Below the pieces are notes generated by a model that saw nothing but the letters and a program-made list of their open reading frames with translations, searched no databases and was not told the DNA's origin. A DNA stretch of 64,000 nucleotides from Bacteroidia bacterium (GTDB taxonomy: Bacteria > Bacteroidota > Bacteroidia > NS11-12g > UBA9320), in NCBI GenBank assembly GCA_017640445.1, contig JAEPQQ010000003.1, positions 42,543-106,542 of the forward strand, in the 5' to 3' direction. Position 1 is the first letter of the stretch. Each line of letters opens with the position of its first letter. Position numbers and translations under genes: made by a program. Positions 39,181-49,541 of the stretch are shown here, one piece after another.

Positions 39181-42129
39181 ATGAACCGCTTACGTATTAA
39201 CTCATTGACCAAATCAGTACTAGTTTTACTGGTTGTATTTATTCAAAGTGTCTCTTCCGGTCTTGCGCAAGAGATTAAACTCTTAAAAGACATTTGGGAT
39301 GCCGAGGATCCCGGGAGGTCTTCTACACCTCAACATTTCATTGAATACGGCGACCTGCTGTTGTTTGTTGCGCAAGAAGAAAAAACGGGAGTCGAACTAT
39401 GGTCTACCGACGGAACTGAGGCAGGAACCAAGTTAGTTAAGGATATTTACCAGGGCCCCGCCCCCTCACAGGTCTCACAATTAACGTTATACCAAAACGA
39501 AGTATACTTCACAGCGAACGATGGGGTTCATGGACAAGAACTATGGAAAACGGATGGAACCGAGGCAGGCACGCAAATAGTGGTAGACGCAAACCTAGGT
39601 GCATTAGGCTCCTCCCCTCTCTATCTCACAGCACACGATGGATTCCTTTATTTCTCAGCATGGGATGCTGATCGTGGTCGAGAACTTTGGAAAACCGACG
39701 GTACTTCAGCGGGAACCACTTCGTTCGATCTGGTAACCGGTCGTTTTAGCGGTGACCCAATCTCCATGGTTAGTTATAAAGGTTACCTGTATTTTGGTGG
39801 TAATGACGTTAGCAGCCTTCATAGTCATGACCTGTGGAGAACAGATGGAACCCCCGAAGGAACCGAAAAGATTGGAACAGGCAGCGATCGCTCTGACGTT
39901 TCTGTATCTGCCCTGACAATTTCAGGGAATAATTTATTCTTTAATGCCTTTTCCGACGGGTCAATTAACAAACAACTTTGGGTTACCGATGGTTCAAAAA
40001 CGGGCACCCGCCTGGTCAAAAAAATTGATTACCGGTTTGGCGACAGACAGGGACCTCAATCGATGACACCTGTCAATAATGGCATCTACTTCAGTGCAAT
40101 GGATTCGTTACATGGACGAGAACTCTGGTGGAGCGATGGCACTGAACAAGGCACCTATCTAGTTAAAGATCTGGAACCTGGTGTTGGGAGTTCAGTTCCA
40201 AACTCTTTCACCGAATGGAAGGGCAAGGTTATTTTCAACGCTCACACAAGCCTCTTTGGCCAGGAGCCTTGGTCTACCGATGGCACGGAACAAGGAACTC
40301 AACTGATTAAAGACATAGCCCCCGGAACGTTTAGATCGGTCATTGGTAACAACAGCTATGTACCGTTCAATGGAAGGTTATACTTTACCGCGAATGATGT
40401 TGCACATGGCGATGAGCTTTGGCGAACCGACGGTGATTTTAGTAGTACGGAATTAGTAAAAGACCTATCACCGGGTCTCCCTGGATCGTCACCCTTTTTC
40501 CTAACCCCGTTTAAAAACAAACTGATCTTTGCTGCCGGTGATACAGCTGTTGGCAGGGAGTTGTGGATATCCGATGGCACCGAGCATGGCACCAAGGTAC
40601 TTGCGAACATTTATTCGTATCCGGGCAGTTCGCAACCAATCGGAATTACAGTAGTAGGCAACGACTTATATTTCAATGCAAATCATCCGGTTAACGGGTT
40701 CGAGCTTTGGAAATCAGATGGGACAGAAGATGGTACCTTTCTCGTACACGATATTCTTCCCGGAAAAGATGGTTCTTTCCCCCAATTCATGACGGCCGGA
40801 GAGGGCAACGTTTTCTTCATTGCCACCGATGAAGACCATGGAAGAGAACCCTGGTTTAGCGACGGAAATGAGACCCGACTTGTAAAAGACGTCAACCAGG
40901 GAATCGCAAGCTCCTCCCCCTTTAGCCTCACTCGCTTTAAGGACCATATTTATTACGTAACCCGGAATGAGATTTCGGGCTTCATGCTCCGAAGGATGAA
41001 TGTTCACACGGGCAAGTCATCCTTGGTTAAAAGCTTCTTCATCGGGTTTCAGTCTACGTCACCTGGTCAGCTAACCGTATGCCGTGGTCGTTTGTTTTTT
41101 ACCGTTTTCCACGAAGAAACTGGATCTGAACTGTGGTCTACCGATGGAACTGAAGCCGGGACCAAACTGGTTAAAGATATTTGTCCAGGTATCTGTTCAT
41201 CATCCCCTAGAAACCTGTTCAACCACAATGAAATTCTGTACTTTACCGCTCGCGGTGAAACTACCGGAACTGAATTGTGGCGATCAGACGGAACACCCGA
41301 GGGTACCCGACTGGTTAAGGATGTTCGCACGGGGTCGGGACATGCAGAATCACGCCCCATGATTAGCCTGGGAGACCTCCTGTTCTTTTCGGCAATCGAT
41401 CTTAGCGGCAGGTATGGACTATGGAAAACGGATGGCACAACCGCAGGCTCCCGACGAGTTAAAGATGTGAGCCCAGGTTTCTTATCGTCAGGCTTTCTGG
41501 ATGCTGTGGTTATGGACGGCATCGTTTACTTCTCGGCATCGCAATACGGGTCAAACAATTACGAGTTATGGCGCAGTGATGGAACTGAAAAAGGCACGTT
41601 TCTGATTAAAGACATTAATCCAAAACCCTATGGTTCCAACCCTAGCCAGTTTACTAACTTCTATGGCCAACTGTATTTTATTGCAACCGACGAACAGGGC
41701 ACCGAACTATGGACGAGCGATGGTACAGAAGACGGTACGCGTATGGTGCAAGACCTATACCCAGGTCTATGGGCGTCTCACCCTCAGGAATTAACGATTG
41801 TTGGACAACGATTATACTTTGTAGCAACTACTTACGATCACGGACGAGAGATCTACTACATAGAGGACCCCAGCATCGTTTTGCCCGAACCAGACCCAAT
41901 ACCGCACTGGTATTATCCAAATCCTTCTAACGGTTTGTTAACGATTGAACTTCAGGAGTTTGATTATACCGCGCCCGTCGGTTTTGAGATCATTGACGTT
42001 ACTGGGCGCCTTCATATGGTTGGGCAGGTAAAAAACCCAAAACAAGACATCGATGTTTCGCGACTTCTTAATGGTATGTATATCGTGAAATTGTCGAACG
42101 GACTGTCAGGTAAACTGATCCGATTTTAA
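39181..42129 (+). CDS. ELWxxDGT-repeat protein (about 17 tandem repeats of ~50 aa) with a T9SS type A C-terminal sorting domain
   Basis: Recurrent 'GxELWxTDGTEAGTxLVKDIxPG'. C-terminal 'YYPNPSNGLLTIEL...LLNGMYIVKL'. Confidence 0.8.
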   Translation: MNRLRINSLTKSVLVLLVVFIQSVSSGLAQEIKLLKDIWDAEDPGRSSTPQHFIEYGDLLLFVAQEEKTGVELWSTDGTEAGTKLVKDIYQGPAPSQVSQLTLYQNEVYFTANDGVHGQELWKTDGTEAGTQIVVDANLGALGSSPLYLTAHDGFLYFSAWDADRGRELWKTDGTSAGTTSFDLVTGRFSGDPISMVSYKGYLYFGGNDVSSLHSHDLWRTDGTPEGTEKIGTGSDRSDVSVSALTISGNNLFFNAFSDGSINKQLWVTDGSKTGTRLVKKIDYRFGDRQGPQSMTPVNNGIYFSAMDSLHGRELWWSDGTEQGTYLVKDLEPGVGSSVPNSFTEWKGKVIFNAHTSLFGQEPWSTDGTEQGTQLIKDIAPGTFRSVIGNNSYVPFNGRLYFTANDVAHGDELWRTDGDFSSTELVKDLSPGLPGSSPFFLTPFKNKLIFAAGDTAVGRELWISDGTEHGTKVLANIYSYPGSSQPIGITVVGNDLYFNANHPVNGFELWKSDGTEDGTFLVHDILPGKDGSFPQFMTAGEGNVFFIATDEDHGREPWFSDGNETRLVKDVNQGIASSSPFSLTRFKDHIYYVTRNEISGFMLRRMNVHTGKSSLVKSFFIGFQSTSPGQLTVCRGRLFFTVFHEETGSELWSTDGTEAGTKLVKDICPGICSSSPRNLFNHNEILYFTARGETTGTELWRSDGTPEGTRLVKDVRTGSGHAESRPMISLGDLLFFSAIDLSGRYGLWKTDGTTAGSRRVKDVSPGFLSSGFLDAVVMDGIVYFSASQYGSNNYELWRSDGTEKGTFLIKDINPKPYGSNPSQFTNFYGQLYFIATDEQGTELWTSDGTEDGTRMVQDLYPGLWASHPQELTIVGQRLYFVATTYDHGREIYYIEDPSIVLPEPDPIPHWYYPNPSNGLLTIELQEFDYTAPVGFEIIDVTGRLHMVGQVKNPKQDIDVSRLLNGMYIVKLSNGLSGKLIRF

Positions 42130-42695
42130 GATAACATCTTACCCACCTGTTGCTCTACGGCCTCAAACAAGTGCTCAGGCTTTTTGGTTTTCCAGTTCCA
42201 GGTAGCCTCGTCATCCTCCTCCAGGCGAACGTAGGAATCAATACCCGCAGCCTCCATCTCATCCATAACGTGGTCCCGAAAATGTAAGAAAGCCACCCAA
42301 CCACCCGGGGTATCTTCCCACCACTCCTGGTAATACGAATCATCGCTGGCATGAAAGTTCAACACGTTTTCACCTAGAAGTATGAACTTCTCAATTCCAC
42401 ATTCCAACATTTCATCAATGATTTCTCGCTTTAATGTTGCGATGTCGTTGTTAATACAATCGTTCCACTCTCCTATCATCTCAAGAATGGCATACCCCTT
42501 CTCATAATCAACAAACAATACTTTTAGGAGCAACGTATCACTTCCAAAGTAGTCCCACTGCGGATGAATAGCATAGTTGTATATTTTGTTCGTAAACTCG
42601 AACTGGCTATGTTCCGTGTTATAAAAGGGACTGTCGGCATCGTCGCTGGCCCGATACAAGTGTCTCCAAAGAAAATGTGGTTCAATCTGATGCAT
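42126..42695 (-). CDS. Hypothetical cytoplasmic protein
   Basis: 189 aa acidic ORF overlapping the GT2 start by 14 nt. No recognisable motif. Confidence 0.4.
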   Translation of the reverse strand: MHQIEPHFLWRHLYRASDDADSPFYNTEHSQFEFTNKIYNYAIHPQWDYFGSDTLLLKVLFVDYEKGYAILEMIGEWNDCINNDIATLKREIIDEMLECGIEKFILLGENVLNFHASDDSYYQEWWEDTPGGWVAFLHFRDHVMDEMEAAGIDSYVRLEEDDEATWNWKTKKPEHLFEAVEQQVGKMLS

Positions 42696-43614
42696 GTTCG
42701 ATATTGGAATCCTGTATTACATACAACGGACGCTCCTTAATGTTTTCATTAATTCGACTGATGTATTCGCCAATGATTCCAATTCCGATGAGTTGAATGC
42801 CTCCGATAAATACCATTGTCACCATTTGCGACGCCCAACCCGGCTGATAATCTTTGATTACATAGCGCGAATACAATGTATAGAGTATGAGCAAAAAACC
42901 TATAAACGAGAAAACAAATCCCGATATCGTTGCAATTTTCAGCGGCCAGTTACTAAACGATGTAATACCATCCAATGCAAACCGTATCATTTTAGCATAA
43001 CTGTAACCCGTTTCCCCACTCATTCGCTCCTCGCGTTCGTAGGTCACATCAGTTTGGTTAAAACCGATCCATGATATCTGCCCCCTCAGAAACTTCTGAC
43101 GTTCAGGCATCTTACGAAGCTGTTGTACCACTTTTCGATCGATGATCCGGAAATCACCTGTATCTAATGGAATGTCAATTTGTGTAATACGGTTTAACAC
43201 CCGATAAAACCACTTAGCAGTGGCTCGTTTCATTATGGACTCACCTTTACGTTGTGCACGTTTGGCATACACAACCTCGTATCCTTCCAGGCTTTTTAGA
43301 TACAGTTGTTCAATCACCTCCGGCGGATCCTGGCCATCAGCATCAATGATCACCACCTTATCTCCGGTAACATGATCGAGGCCCGCACTAACTGCAATTT
43401 GATGACCAAAATTGCGACTGAAGTGAATGTACTTCACCTCCTGGTGTTCCTTAGCCAATTGGTTCAACACCTGTTTGCTACTGTCTGAGCTTCCATCATT
43501 CACATAAACAAACTCCCCTTCCACATTCAGCTTTTCCAACACGGCAGTAATACGCTCGTACATGGGCACGATGTTGTCTTCTTCATTGTAAATGGGAATG
43601 ATTACAGAAATCAT
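42682..43614 (-). CDS. Family 2 glycosyltransferase (polyprenyl-phosphate sugar synthase, DPM1/GtrB-like) with two C-terminal TM helices
   Basis: 'ISVIIPIYNEEDNI' and 'VIIDADGQDPPEV', the DxD region. Confidence 0.8.
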   Translation of the reverse strand: MISVIIPIYNEEDNIVPMYERITAVLEKLNVEGEFVYVNDGSSDSSKQVLNQLAKEHQEVKYIHFSRNFGHQIAVSAGLDHVTGDKVVIIDADGQDPPEVIEQLYLKSLEGYEVVYAKRAQRKGESIMKRATAKWFYRVLNRITQIDIPLDTGDFRIIDRKVVQQLRKMPERQKFLRGQISWIGFNQTDVTYEREERMSGETGYSYAKMIRFALDGITSFSNWPLKIATISGFVFSFIGFLLILYTLYSRYVIKDYQPGWASQMVTMVFIGGIQLIGIGIIGEYISRINENIKERPLYVIQDSNIEHASD

Positions 43615-43784
43615 GGTTCAAAGAAAGTACTTTTAGTTATAATTCTCTGTAACTAAAATCAAGGTGGTGCGTAATACCTATAACTGCACAAACCTTTATT
43701 GTCACTCATGTAGACCCTATATTTCCCTTATCTTAAAAAAGATAGTCCGTTTCCAACTAACTAGCTAATTTGAGCCCTTTATCA

Positions 43785-43792
43785 TAAATTTG
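43785..43792 (+). promoter_or_regulatory. Candidate Bacteroidetes sigma-A -7 element (TAnnTTTG) for the unknown operon
   Basis: 'TAAATTTG' lies about 27 nt upstream of the first ATG (43820). Confidence 0.35.
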
Positions 43793-43819
43793 GGCAACTT
43801 AAAAATTAATTCAAAATCT

Positions 43820-45193
43820 ATGTCTGATTCTTTTGATTTACTTGACCAATTAGGTGACCAGAAAAAAGTAGAAAACCTTAAAGCAAAACTTGAAAAAAAG
43901 TCCAACGAAAACATTGCAACCAAACTGGACAAAATAGAAGCCGAAATCGAGAAAGCAGTTGGCGAAAACCGCTCTTCTGAAGAAATCGTTAGCAATATTA
44001 TTAACTCCAACTTCGATACGTTAAACGGCGATGTGGAGGCCACTGAACAAGACCTTCAGGAACTCATGCTTCACCTCCGGTCCATGCTGGACAGTTGTGG
44101 TGGGGAGTTTTCTAAACTTCAGGAGTTAAACACGTCGGAACAGAAGTTGATCGACAACGCAACAAAAGCCCGGGAAGAGGCTGAACAAGAAGCCAAAGAT
44201 GCTGAGTCTATGTCGAATGCCTGGAACATTTTGTTTGGGTATAAAAACAGCAAGGTAAAACGTACAAAAGCCGAACTCGAGCAGAAAGTAGAAGCGCTGA
44301 AAGCAGCCGAGGCAGAAGCGCAGAAACGTTATCGCGACCGACTTAAAAATGCCGACATCGGTGAAAGTCTGAACCGTATCATTAGCCAGGTTCAAGGAAT
44401 GGTTGGTATCGTAGAGGAAATGATTCTGGAAGTTGACAACCAGATTGTTGCCCTGAAAAACCGTAAAGAGCTTGCTTTCGAAACCAAGGAAAAAGCAGCT
44501 CAGGTTATGGAAGATCGGAAAACCGACCTCGAAGAGGTTGAGAACCAACTGAAACAAGCGGAGACCGAACTAACTGAACTTCCGAACAACAGCCCTGAAT
44601 ATACGGAACAACAGAAAAAAGTTGCTGACTTGAAAGAACGTCGTGCCGACTTAAAAGGAAAATTCAACATTGCGCTTGGTATTTTCCAGTCGAAGGAACG
44701 TTTTGTTGATCAGATTGTAGTTCACCTGGAAGCACAAACCACTACCAAAAACAACTTAAAACAGTTGATTGGTCAGTTGAAGAGTGACACGGAAGAGCGT
44801 GTAACCACGTATGAATCAGGATTACAGCTTATTCAGTCTGCAACGGCTCAGGAAGCTGCCTCTATGTATGAGGAAGCAGGTGTAAAGACCGATCAGAAAA
44901 TTACTGAGATCGCTGCCAAGGTATTGGTGGGTTCCGAAAAAGATCGTATCGAGCGTGTGAAGAAACATCCTCAGCGTATGACGGAACTTCACAAGGTGCT
45001 TGTTGCCATGGCTGAAGCTACCGCCAAATACAAAGCAGAAGATGCTAAGATAATGGAAGAGCACAGCAAAAAGTTTGGCATCGACGTTAGCCAAACATTC
45101 TCCCATAAATACGAGAAAAACAGCGAACCGTCGAACAACGATGGTGGTTCTTCTGAGCCAACAAATGATTCTGTAAACGAATTGATGGACTAA
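43820..45193 (+). CDS. Operon gene A: acidic all-alpha coiled-coil protein of about 458 aa, no TM (ESCRT-III/PspA- or TelA-like by composition only)
   Basis: Continuous heptad-rich, K/E-rich sequence with an acidic Ser-rich C-terminal tail. The track start at 43790 is a TTG. The first ATG is at 43820. Confidence 0.6.
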   Translation: MSDSFDLLDQLGDQKKVENLKAKLEKKSNENIATKLDKIEAEIEKAVGENRSSEEIVSNIINSNFDTLNGDVEATEQDLQELMLHLRSMLDSCGGEFSKLQELNTSEQKLIDNATKAREEAEQEAKDAESMSNAWNILFGYKNSKVKRTKAELEQKVEALKAAEAEAQKRYRDRLKNADIGESLNRIISQVQGMVGIVEEMILEVDNQIVALKNRKELAFETKEKAAQVMEDRKTDLEEVENQLKQAETELTELPNNSPEYTEQQKKVADLKERRADLKGKFNIALGIFQSKERFVDQIVVHLEAQTTTKNNLKQLIGQLKSDTEERVTTYESGLQLIQSATAQEAASMYEEAGVKTDQKITEIAAKVLVGSEKDRIERVKKHPQRMTELHKVLVAMAEATAKYKAEDAKIMEEHSKKFGIDVSQTFSHKYEKNSEPSNNDGGSSEPTNDSVNELMD

Positions 45194-45212
45194 GGCCCGC
45201 GAAAACTGAAAT

Positions 45213-46310
45213 TTGAAGACAATTGACATAAACAATCACTTTACAGAGCTCGACCGAAGCATTCTGGAAGGTGAAACTGCATACTCTGATTACTTCAACT
45301 ACGTTCGGGATTGTTTGAACATCTTATTAAGCTCGTTCGACAACATCACCACGCAAAGCTCGCTTGAAATCAAAGTGCTTAAGAGTTTCTCTCAGAAGTT
45401 CTTAAATACGATTGAAGCATTTCGACTCAAGTATGCCTTTGAGGATGAAAGCCCCATGCGTATTGACTTGACAGAAAGTGGCTTCCCGAACTTTATGGAG
45501 TTTAAGAAGTTAAACGACGACATTGATCGAAAGGAGACTGCTTTGGAGAAACTACCTAGTCAGGACTCACTCAAACAAAGTATTCTGGACCACCTGATTC
45601 GAAAAAAAGAGGACCCAAGGCACCTACTTAAGCAACTGAGCCGATCGAGCTATTACATACGTTTGAAATGGAGCAACCTGTTTACAGAATTCACTCCAGG
45701 AACACTGGAACTTCTGAATGAACATACCGATAAAGCTCGTACCCGAACGTATTTCTACTCCTGGGCGTCTTACGACAGTGTAACAAACAAGCCTTTCATT
45801 TACACCATGGTCTTCGACAACAAGGCCATCTCGAAAGAAGGCGTCACCGACGTAGACAAAGACCCCGGTTTTGTTGAAACAATTAAACGTGTAACGCACA
45901 ATACTTCTCCATTGAAGGTAATTGCTTCCGACATCGACAATGCCTACGAAAGTGTTATGCCCAAGGTAATCAAACGTATTGAAATTGGTCCAATCTTCGG
46001 GAAGTATGCACAGGACAAACATCCGCATACACTGCTTATAAAAAAGCAATTTTCGGACGACGATTTCATCTTTACATACAACACAGAAATCGTCTTTTCA
46101 ACAGGTGAAAAACGAACCAAGTCCTTCCTGTCTAAAGGGGAGCTCCGGCAGGTGTTCTATGTCGACGAGTCGAACAAGGAGTGTATGGAAAAAATGGTCT
46201 CCGACTATCATACATACCTGATCACTTCTCACAAGGTACTGCAATACCTTAACGACAATGAACCCGACATGTTAAAGGATCTTTCGGCACCTGTTTACAC
46301 CTACAACTGA
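45213..46310 (+). CDS. Operon gene B: hypothetical protein
   Basis: 365 aa. No motif recognised. 19-nt gap from gene A. Confidence 0.55.
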   Translation: MKTIDINNHFTELDRSILEGETAYSDYFNYVRDCLNILLSSFDNITTQSSLEIKVLKSFSQKFLNTIEAFRLKYAFEDESPMRIDLTESGFPNFMEFKKLNDDIDRKETALEKLPSQDSLKQSILDHLIRKKEDPRHLLKQLSRSSYYIRLKWSNLFTEFTPGTLELLNEHTDKARTRTYFYSWASYDSVTNKPFIYTMVFDNKAISKEGVTDVDKDPGFVETIKRVTHNTSPLKVIASDIDNAYESVMPKVIKRIEIGPIFGKYAQDKHPHTLLIKKQFSDDDFIFTYNTEIVFSTGEKRTKSFLSKGELRQVFYVDESNKECMEKMVSDYHTYLITSHKVLQYLNDNEPDMLKDLSAPVYTYN

Positions 46311-46311
46311 T

Positions 46312-48270
46312 ATGGAAAAACAAGAATCATCATTATTAAAAATTAAGGAGGATGACCTCCTTGTCTATAAAGACGACATAACGGCGTACCTGAAACAAGT
46401 AAGCTGGCTGCCCGATGGGAAGTCTTCTACAACCATTGATCTGAACTTCTTAACCAACGTTAGTAAGGCTCTTGATCTGAACCAGGAAGACACAGTTTCC
46501 ATTTTAAAGGAAGCCGTTCGAATCAGCAACGACCGAGTTATTCTATCGAATGCAAGCAATCATGTGCTTAACGCTGTTCGGAAAGGTTATACCATTGGTA
46601 AATATCTGGCCAACCTTTATTCGGAAGCGAGTGGGCTTGAACTGCTTCAGCAAAAGAATCAAAACGGTAGTCTTCACCAGTCGGAGCTACCCGAGTTTCA
46701 CGATAAAAGTCAAACTCAGAGTGCTGTTTTATTGTTCGGTTCAGCGTCTTACATCAAGTTTGCGTTGCAGGATTATTTGGCGGACCAGGTTTCAAGCATT
46801 CAGATCGACTTTGGCGGAATACCTCAGCTTAGTCTTACACGCCCGTCAAAGGCCATACAATGTAGCCTTTATTATTTCGGCGCCTATTTGGAGCGATCGG
46901 GTGTGGTTACATCCGACCTGCACCTTGTCAAACTGACCTTACTGTACTTTGAACGGGTTATTGAAGAGGTGCTTCTTCGAAAGAACGCCTTGAAATATTT
47001 GGAAGCCTTTAACCAGAACCATTACAAACTGGAAAACTCTGAGTTTATGGTTCAGGGGCTTGAAGCTCCCTCTTCCATTTCAGTTAAGGGCATGCAATTC
47101 AACCCTACCCGAATGGAGGACATTGTTGCCAATAAACAGGCTAAGCACTTATTTAAGCGATATGCTGAACGACTGCTTTGTTATGATTTTGACGCACGAA
47201 AAAACCCCATCAACGAACTTGGTGGCTTGCCGTCTATAACCATGGCTGATGGGAAGCCCGGTACAGGTAAGAGTATGCTCATTGCCGCAACTGCTACCTT
47301 GCTCCAGGAACGTTGTGATCAATTGGGTCACAACTTCTTGTTCTGGCCACTTCCAGAGACCATTGTTTCGACCTTTCAAGGAGGAACCGCCGAGCGGGCA
47401 ATGGAGTGGTTCAAACCCATGCAGGACCCTAACAAAATTGTATTTGCACCAATAGACGATGCAGAAAACAACCTGGAAGAGCGAACTCGTCAGGGAGTAT
47501 CTGCCGGTGTTCGAGAGTTTATCGGGGTATTCCTCCGAAATACTGAAGGTGCATACGCCATCAATCACGGAAACCGGTTAATGAGTCTGTTTACCAATAT
47601 TCCCGACCAAATTGACAAGGCCGTTTTGTCACGGATTCAAATGCGCATCTCGATGGAGGGAGCCACCTCCAAATATGACTTTATCGATCAGGATTACCTA
47701 TGGTGGAAAAAGTACAACGAACTGGATTCCAAATTCGTAGACAATAAAAAACCAAAGGCTTATGAATACATGGAAGCCCAAAAGGCCGCTACCTCGATCA
47801 ACGAACTTGTAGCAACCCAATATCGCTTTGGCAACACCGACGTGGAAGAAATGTTCCATGCCGTACAAAAAGAAATGGATGTTCAAAGCCATGAATTCTT
47901 TGGCGTATTCTACAATCGGATTTTGGAAAAGTATCCGTTCTTTTCATCGCGCGACCTTCGTAACATTCAGAAGGCGGTAGATGCGCGATTAATAGACTTT
48001 GACCTGCCATCGGTGTGGTGGGACAACCCGGATGACTTCTTTAACCAGGCGTATGACAAAAAGCTCGACATCCTTAAAGACCTGATGAAGCAAAACATGA
48101 AGGGAGTTTCGTTTGGCGATGTGCGACTTTATGAGGCCTTGAACTACATAGAGAACTCCATTCGTATCAACGAAACGGGAGTAAACAGAGAAATTAAAGC
48201 CCGCGCAAAACAACTGTATATACAGCAGCAGGCAAACGAAGAATTAAGGAAGGGAAACATCCATGATTAA
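46312..48270 (+). CDS. Operon gene C: classic-clade AAA+ ATPase (single AAA module at about residues 290-480) with unknown N- and C-terminal domains
   Basis: Walker A 'GKPGTGKSML', non-canonical Walker B 'IVFAPIDDAEN', a second-region-of-homology-like 'YAINHGNRLMSLF', and Arg-finger region 'LSRIQMRISM'. Confidence 0.75.
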   Translation: MEKQESSLLKIKEDDLLVYKDDITAYLKQVSWLPDGKSSTTIDLNFLTNVSKALDLNQEDTVSILKEAVRISNDRVILSNASNHVLNAVRKGYTIGKYLANLYSEASGLELLQQKNQNGSLHQSELPEFHDKSQTQSAVLLFGSASYIKFALQDYLADQVSSIQIDFGGIPQLSLTRPSKAIQCSLYYFGAYLERSGVVTSDLHLVKLTLLYFERVIEEVLLRKNALKYLEAFNQNHYKLENSEFMVQGLEAPSSISVKGMQFNPTRMEDIVANKQAKHLFKRYAERLLCYDFDARKNPINELGGLPSITMADGKPGTGKSMLIAATATLLQERCDQLGHNFLFWPLPETIVSTFQGGTAERAMEWFKPMQDPNKIVFAPIDDAENNLEERTRQGVSAGVREFIGVFLRNTEGAYAINHGNRLMSLFTNIPDQIDKAVLSRIQMRISMEGATSKYDFIDQDYLWWKKYNELDSKFVDNKKPKAYEYMEAQKAATSINELVATQYRFGNTDVEEMFHAVQKEMDVQSHEFFGVFYNRILEKYPFFSSRDLRNIQKAVDARLIDFDLPSVWWDNPDDFFNQAYDKKLDILKDLMKQNMKGVSFGDVRLYEALNYIENSIRINETGVNREIKARAKQLYIQQQANEELRKGNIHD

Positions 48271-49534
48271 ACTGATCCAAAACGGTTTATTTGGTCATTC
48301 ACTGGTACAAGTGAGTACCGAGTCGATGATTAAACGATACAACGACTGTTTGAAGGATATTGGCCTTGCCCCAACGAGGTTGACGTCGTTTCACATCGAC
48401 GGCTGGGGTTGGAGTCCGGAGATTGCTGAGGAACAGGGTGACCGGTTTTATCTGTCTCACGGTTTGGCGAATCCATATGGGATTATAGTAAGTCCCAAAC
48501 AAGCTAATAGCTCCATCTATTTACCTTATCATAGTTTCGACAGGGCAATTCACAAGACCATATTTGAGCAGTACGCTGATCAAATCAAAGACATTACATC
48601 GCGATCGGGCCTATGGTTTGAACTTGACCAGGAAATATCGGCTTACCGATCACCGCAGGACCTACTGATGGTTGATTATGTGAAATTGAACTTCTTTTCA
48701 GTAGATCGCATTATGACCGCCGCTCAGGATCAACGGGCACTGATTCGGGAGTTCTACGACAAACCTCATGCCTGGTCGAACGACGAACTTCGACAACGCA
48801 TCATCGATAGCAGTGAGCGTCATGGAGACCTGAGGTACTCAAAATTTGAGATACCCGCTCATCCTTTCAACGAAATCGAGAACTTCTTCACGGTTGCTTT
48901 TAACGGTGTATACGTGTTTAAAAAACTTCCAAACGGCAAACCTCTTCTGGTACACCAGTCGGGCGATTCCAGCGTATCGGGAGAAACGAAACACGGGCAC
49001 GTAGAATACAACGTCAACGATCCTGAACTCATCAGCTATCTGTACAATGCGGGTATGATCTCGAACAACATCAAACTGTTTGAAGAGCACCCTGTGCTGT
49101 TGGAACTTATGCAAGAGCATCTTTTGTTAGAAGCCGCGTCCAAGTTAGAAGAACCAGTGGACTTCTCAACCATCAACGCTACGCAAAAGAAAGGTGTAGT
49201 GAATCGGCTGATGAAGCAAAACCTTCTTGGAGATGCCTACTTTGAGTTCGAACGGCTCATTATGGATGTTCGCGATGGTTCCGTTGGCGCGTCTTACTCT
49301 ATACCCGATGTTTTACGCCCGTTTTTGCTGAACCCTGAAGCCAAGCTTTCGTCTCAGGAAAAACTGGTGTTGTGGCAGTTGTTATGCACCTACAACCCGG
49401 CCAACCCGGTGTTCACCTATTTGTTTGACAAATCAAGTTTTTACTCTCAGTATAAAACCTGGGATGAAAAACTGCAGCTTTGGATTATCCAAAAAATACT
49501 CGCTCATAAAGAAATTTTTAACGCCTTGATTTAG
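48263..49534 (+). CDS. Operon gene D: hypothetical protein
   Basis: 423 aa. 8-nt overlap with gene C. No motif recognised. Confidence 0.55.
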   Translation: MIKLIQNGLFGHSLVQVSTESMIKRYNDCLKDIGLAPTRLTSFHIDGWGWSPEIAEEQGDRFYLSHGLANPYGIIVSPKQANSSIYLPYHSFDRAIHKTIFEQYADQIKDITSRSGLWFELDQEISAYRSPQDLLMVDYVKLNFFSVDRIMTAAQDQRALIREFYDKPHAWSNDELRQRIIDSSERHGDLRYSKFEIPAHPFNEIENFFTVAFNGVYVFKKLPNGKPLLVHQSGDSSVSGETKHGHVEYNVNDPELISYLYNAGMISNNIKLFEEHPVLLELMQEHLLLEAASKLEEPVDFSTINATQKKGVVNRLMKQNLLGDAYFEFERLIMDVRDGSVGASYSIPDVLRPFLLNPEAKLSSQEKLVLWQLLCTYNPANPVFTYLFDKSSFYSQYKTWDEKLQLWIIQKILAHKEIFNALI

Positions 49535-49541
49535 CGCTTCT

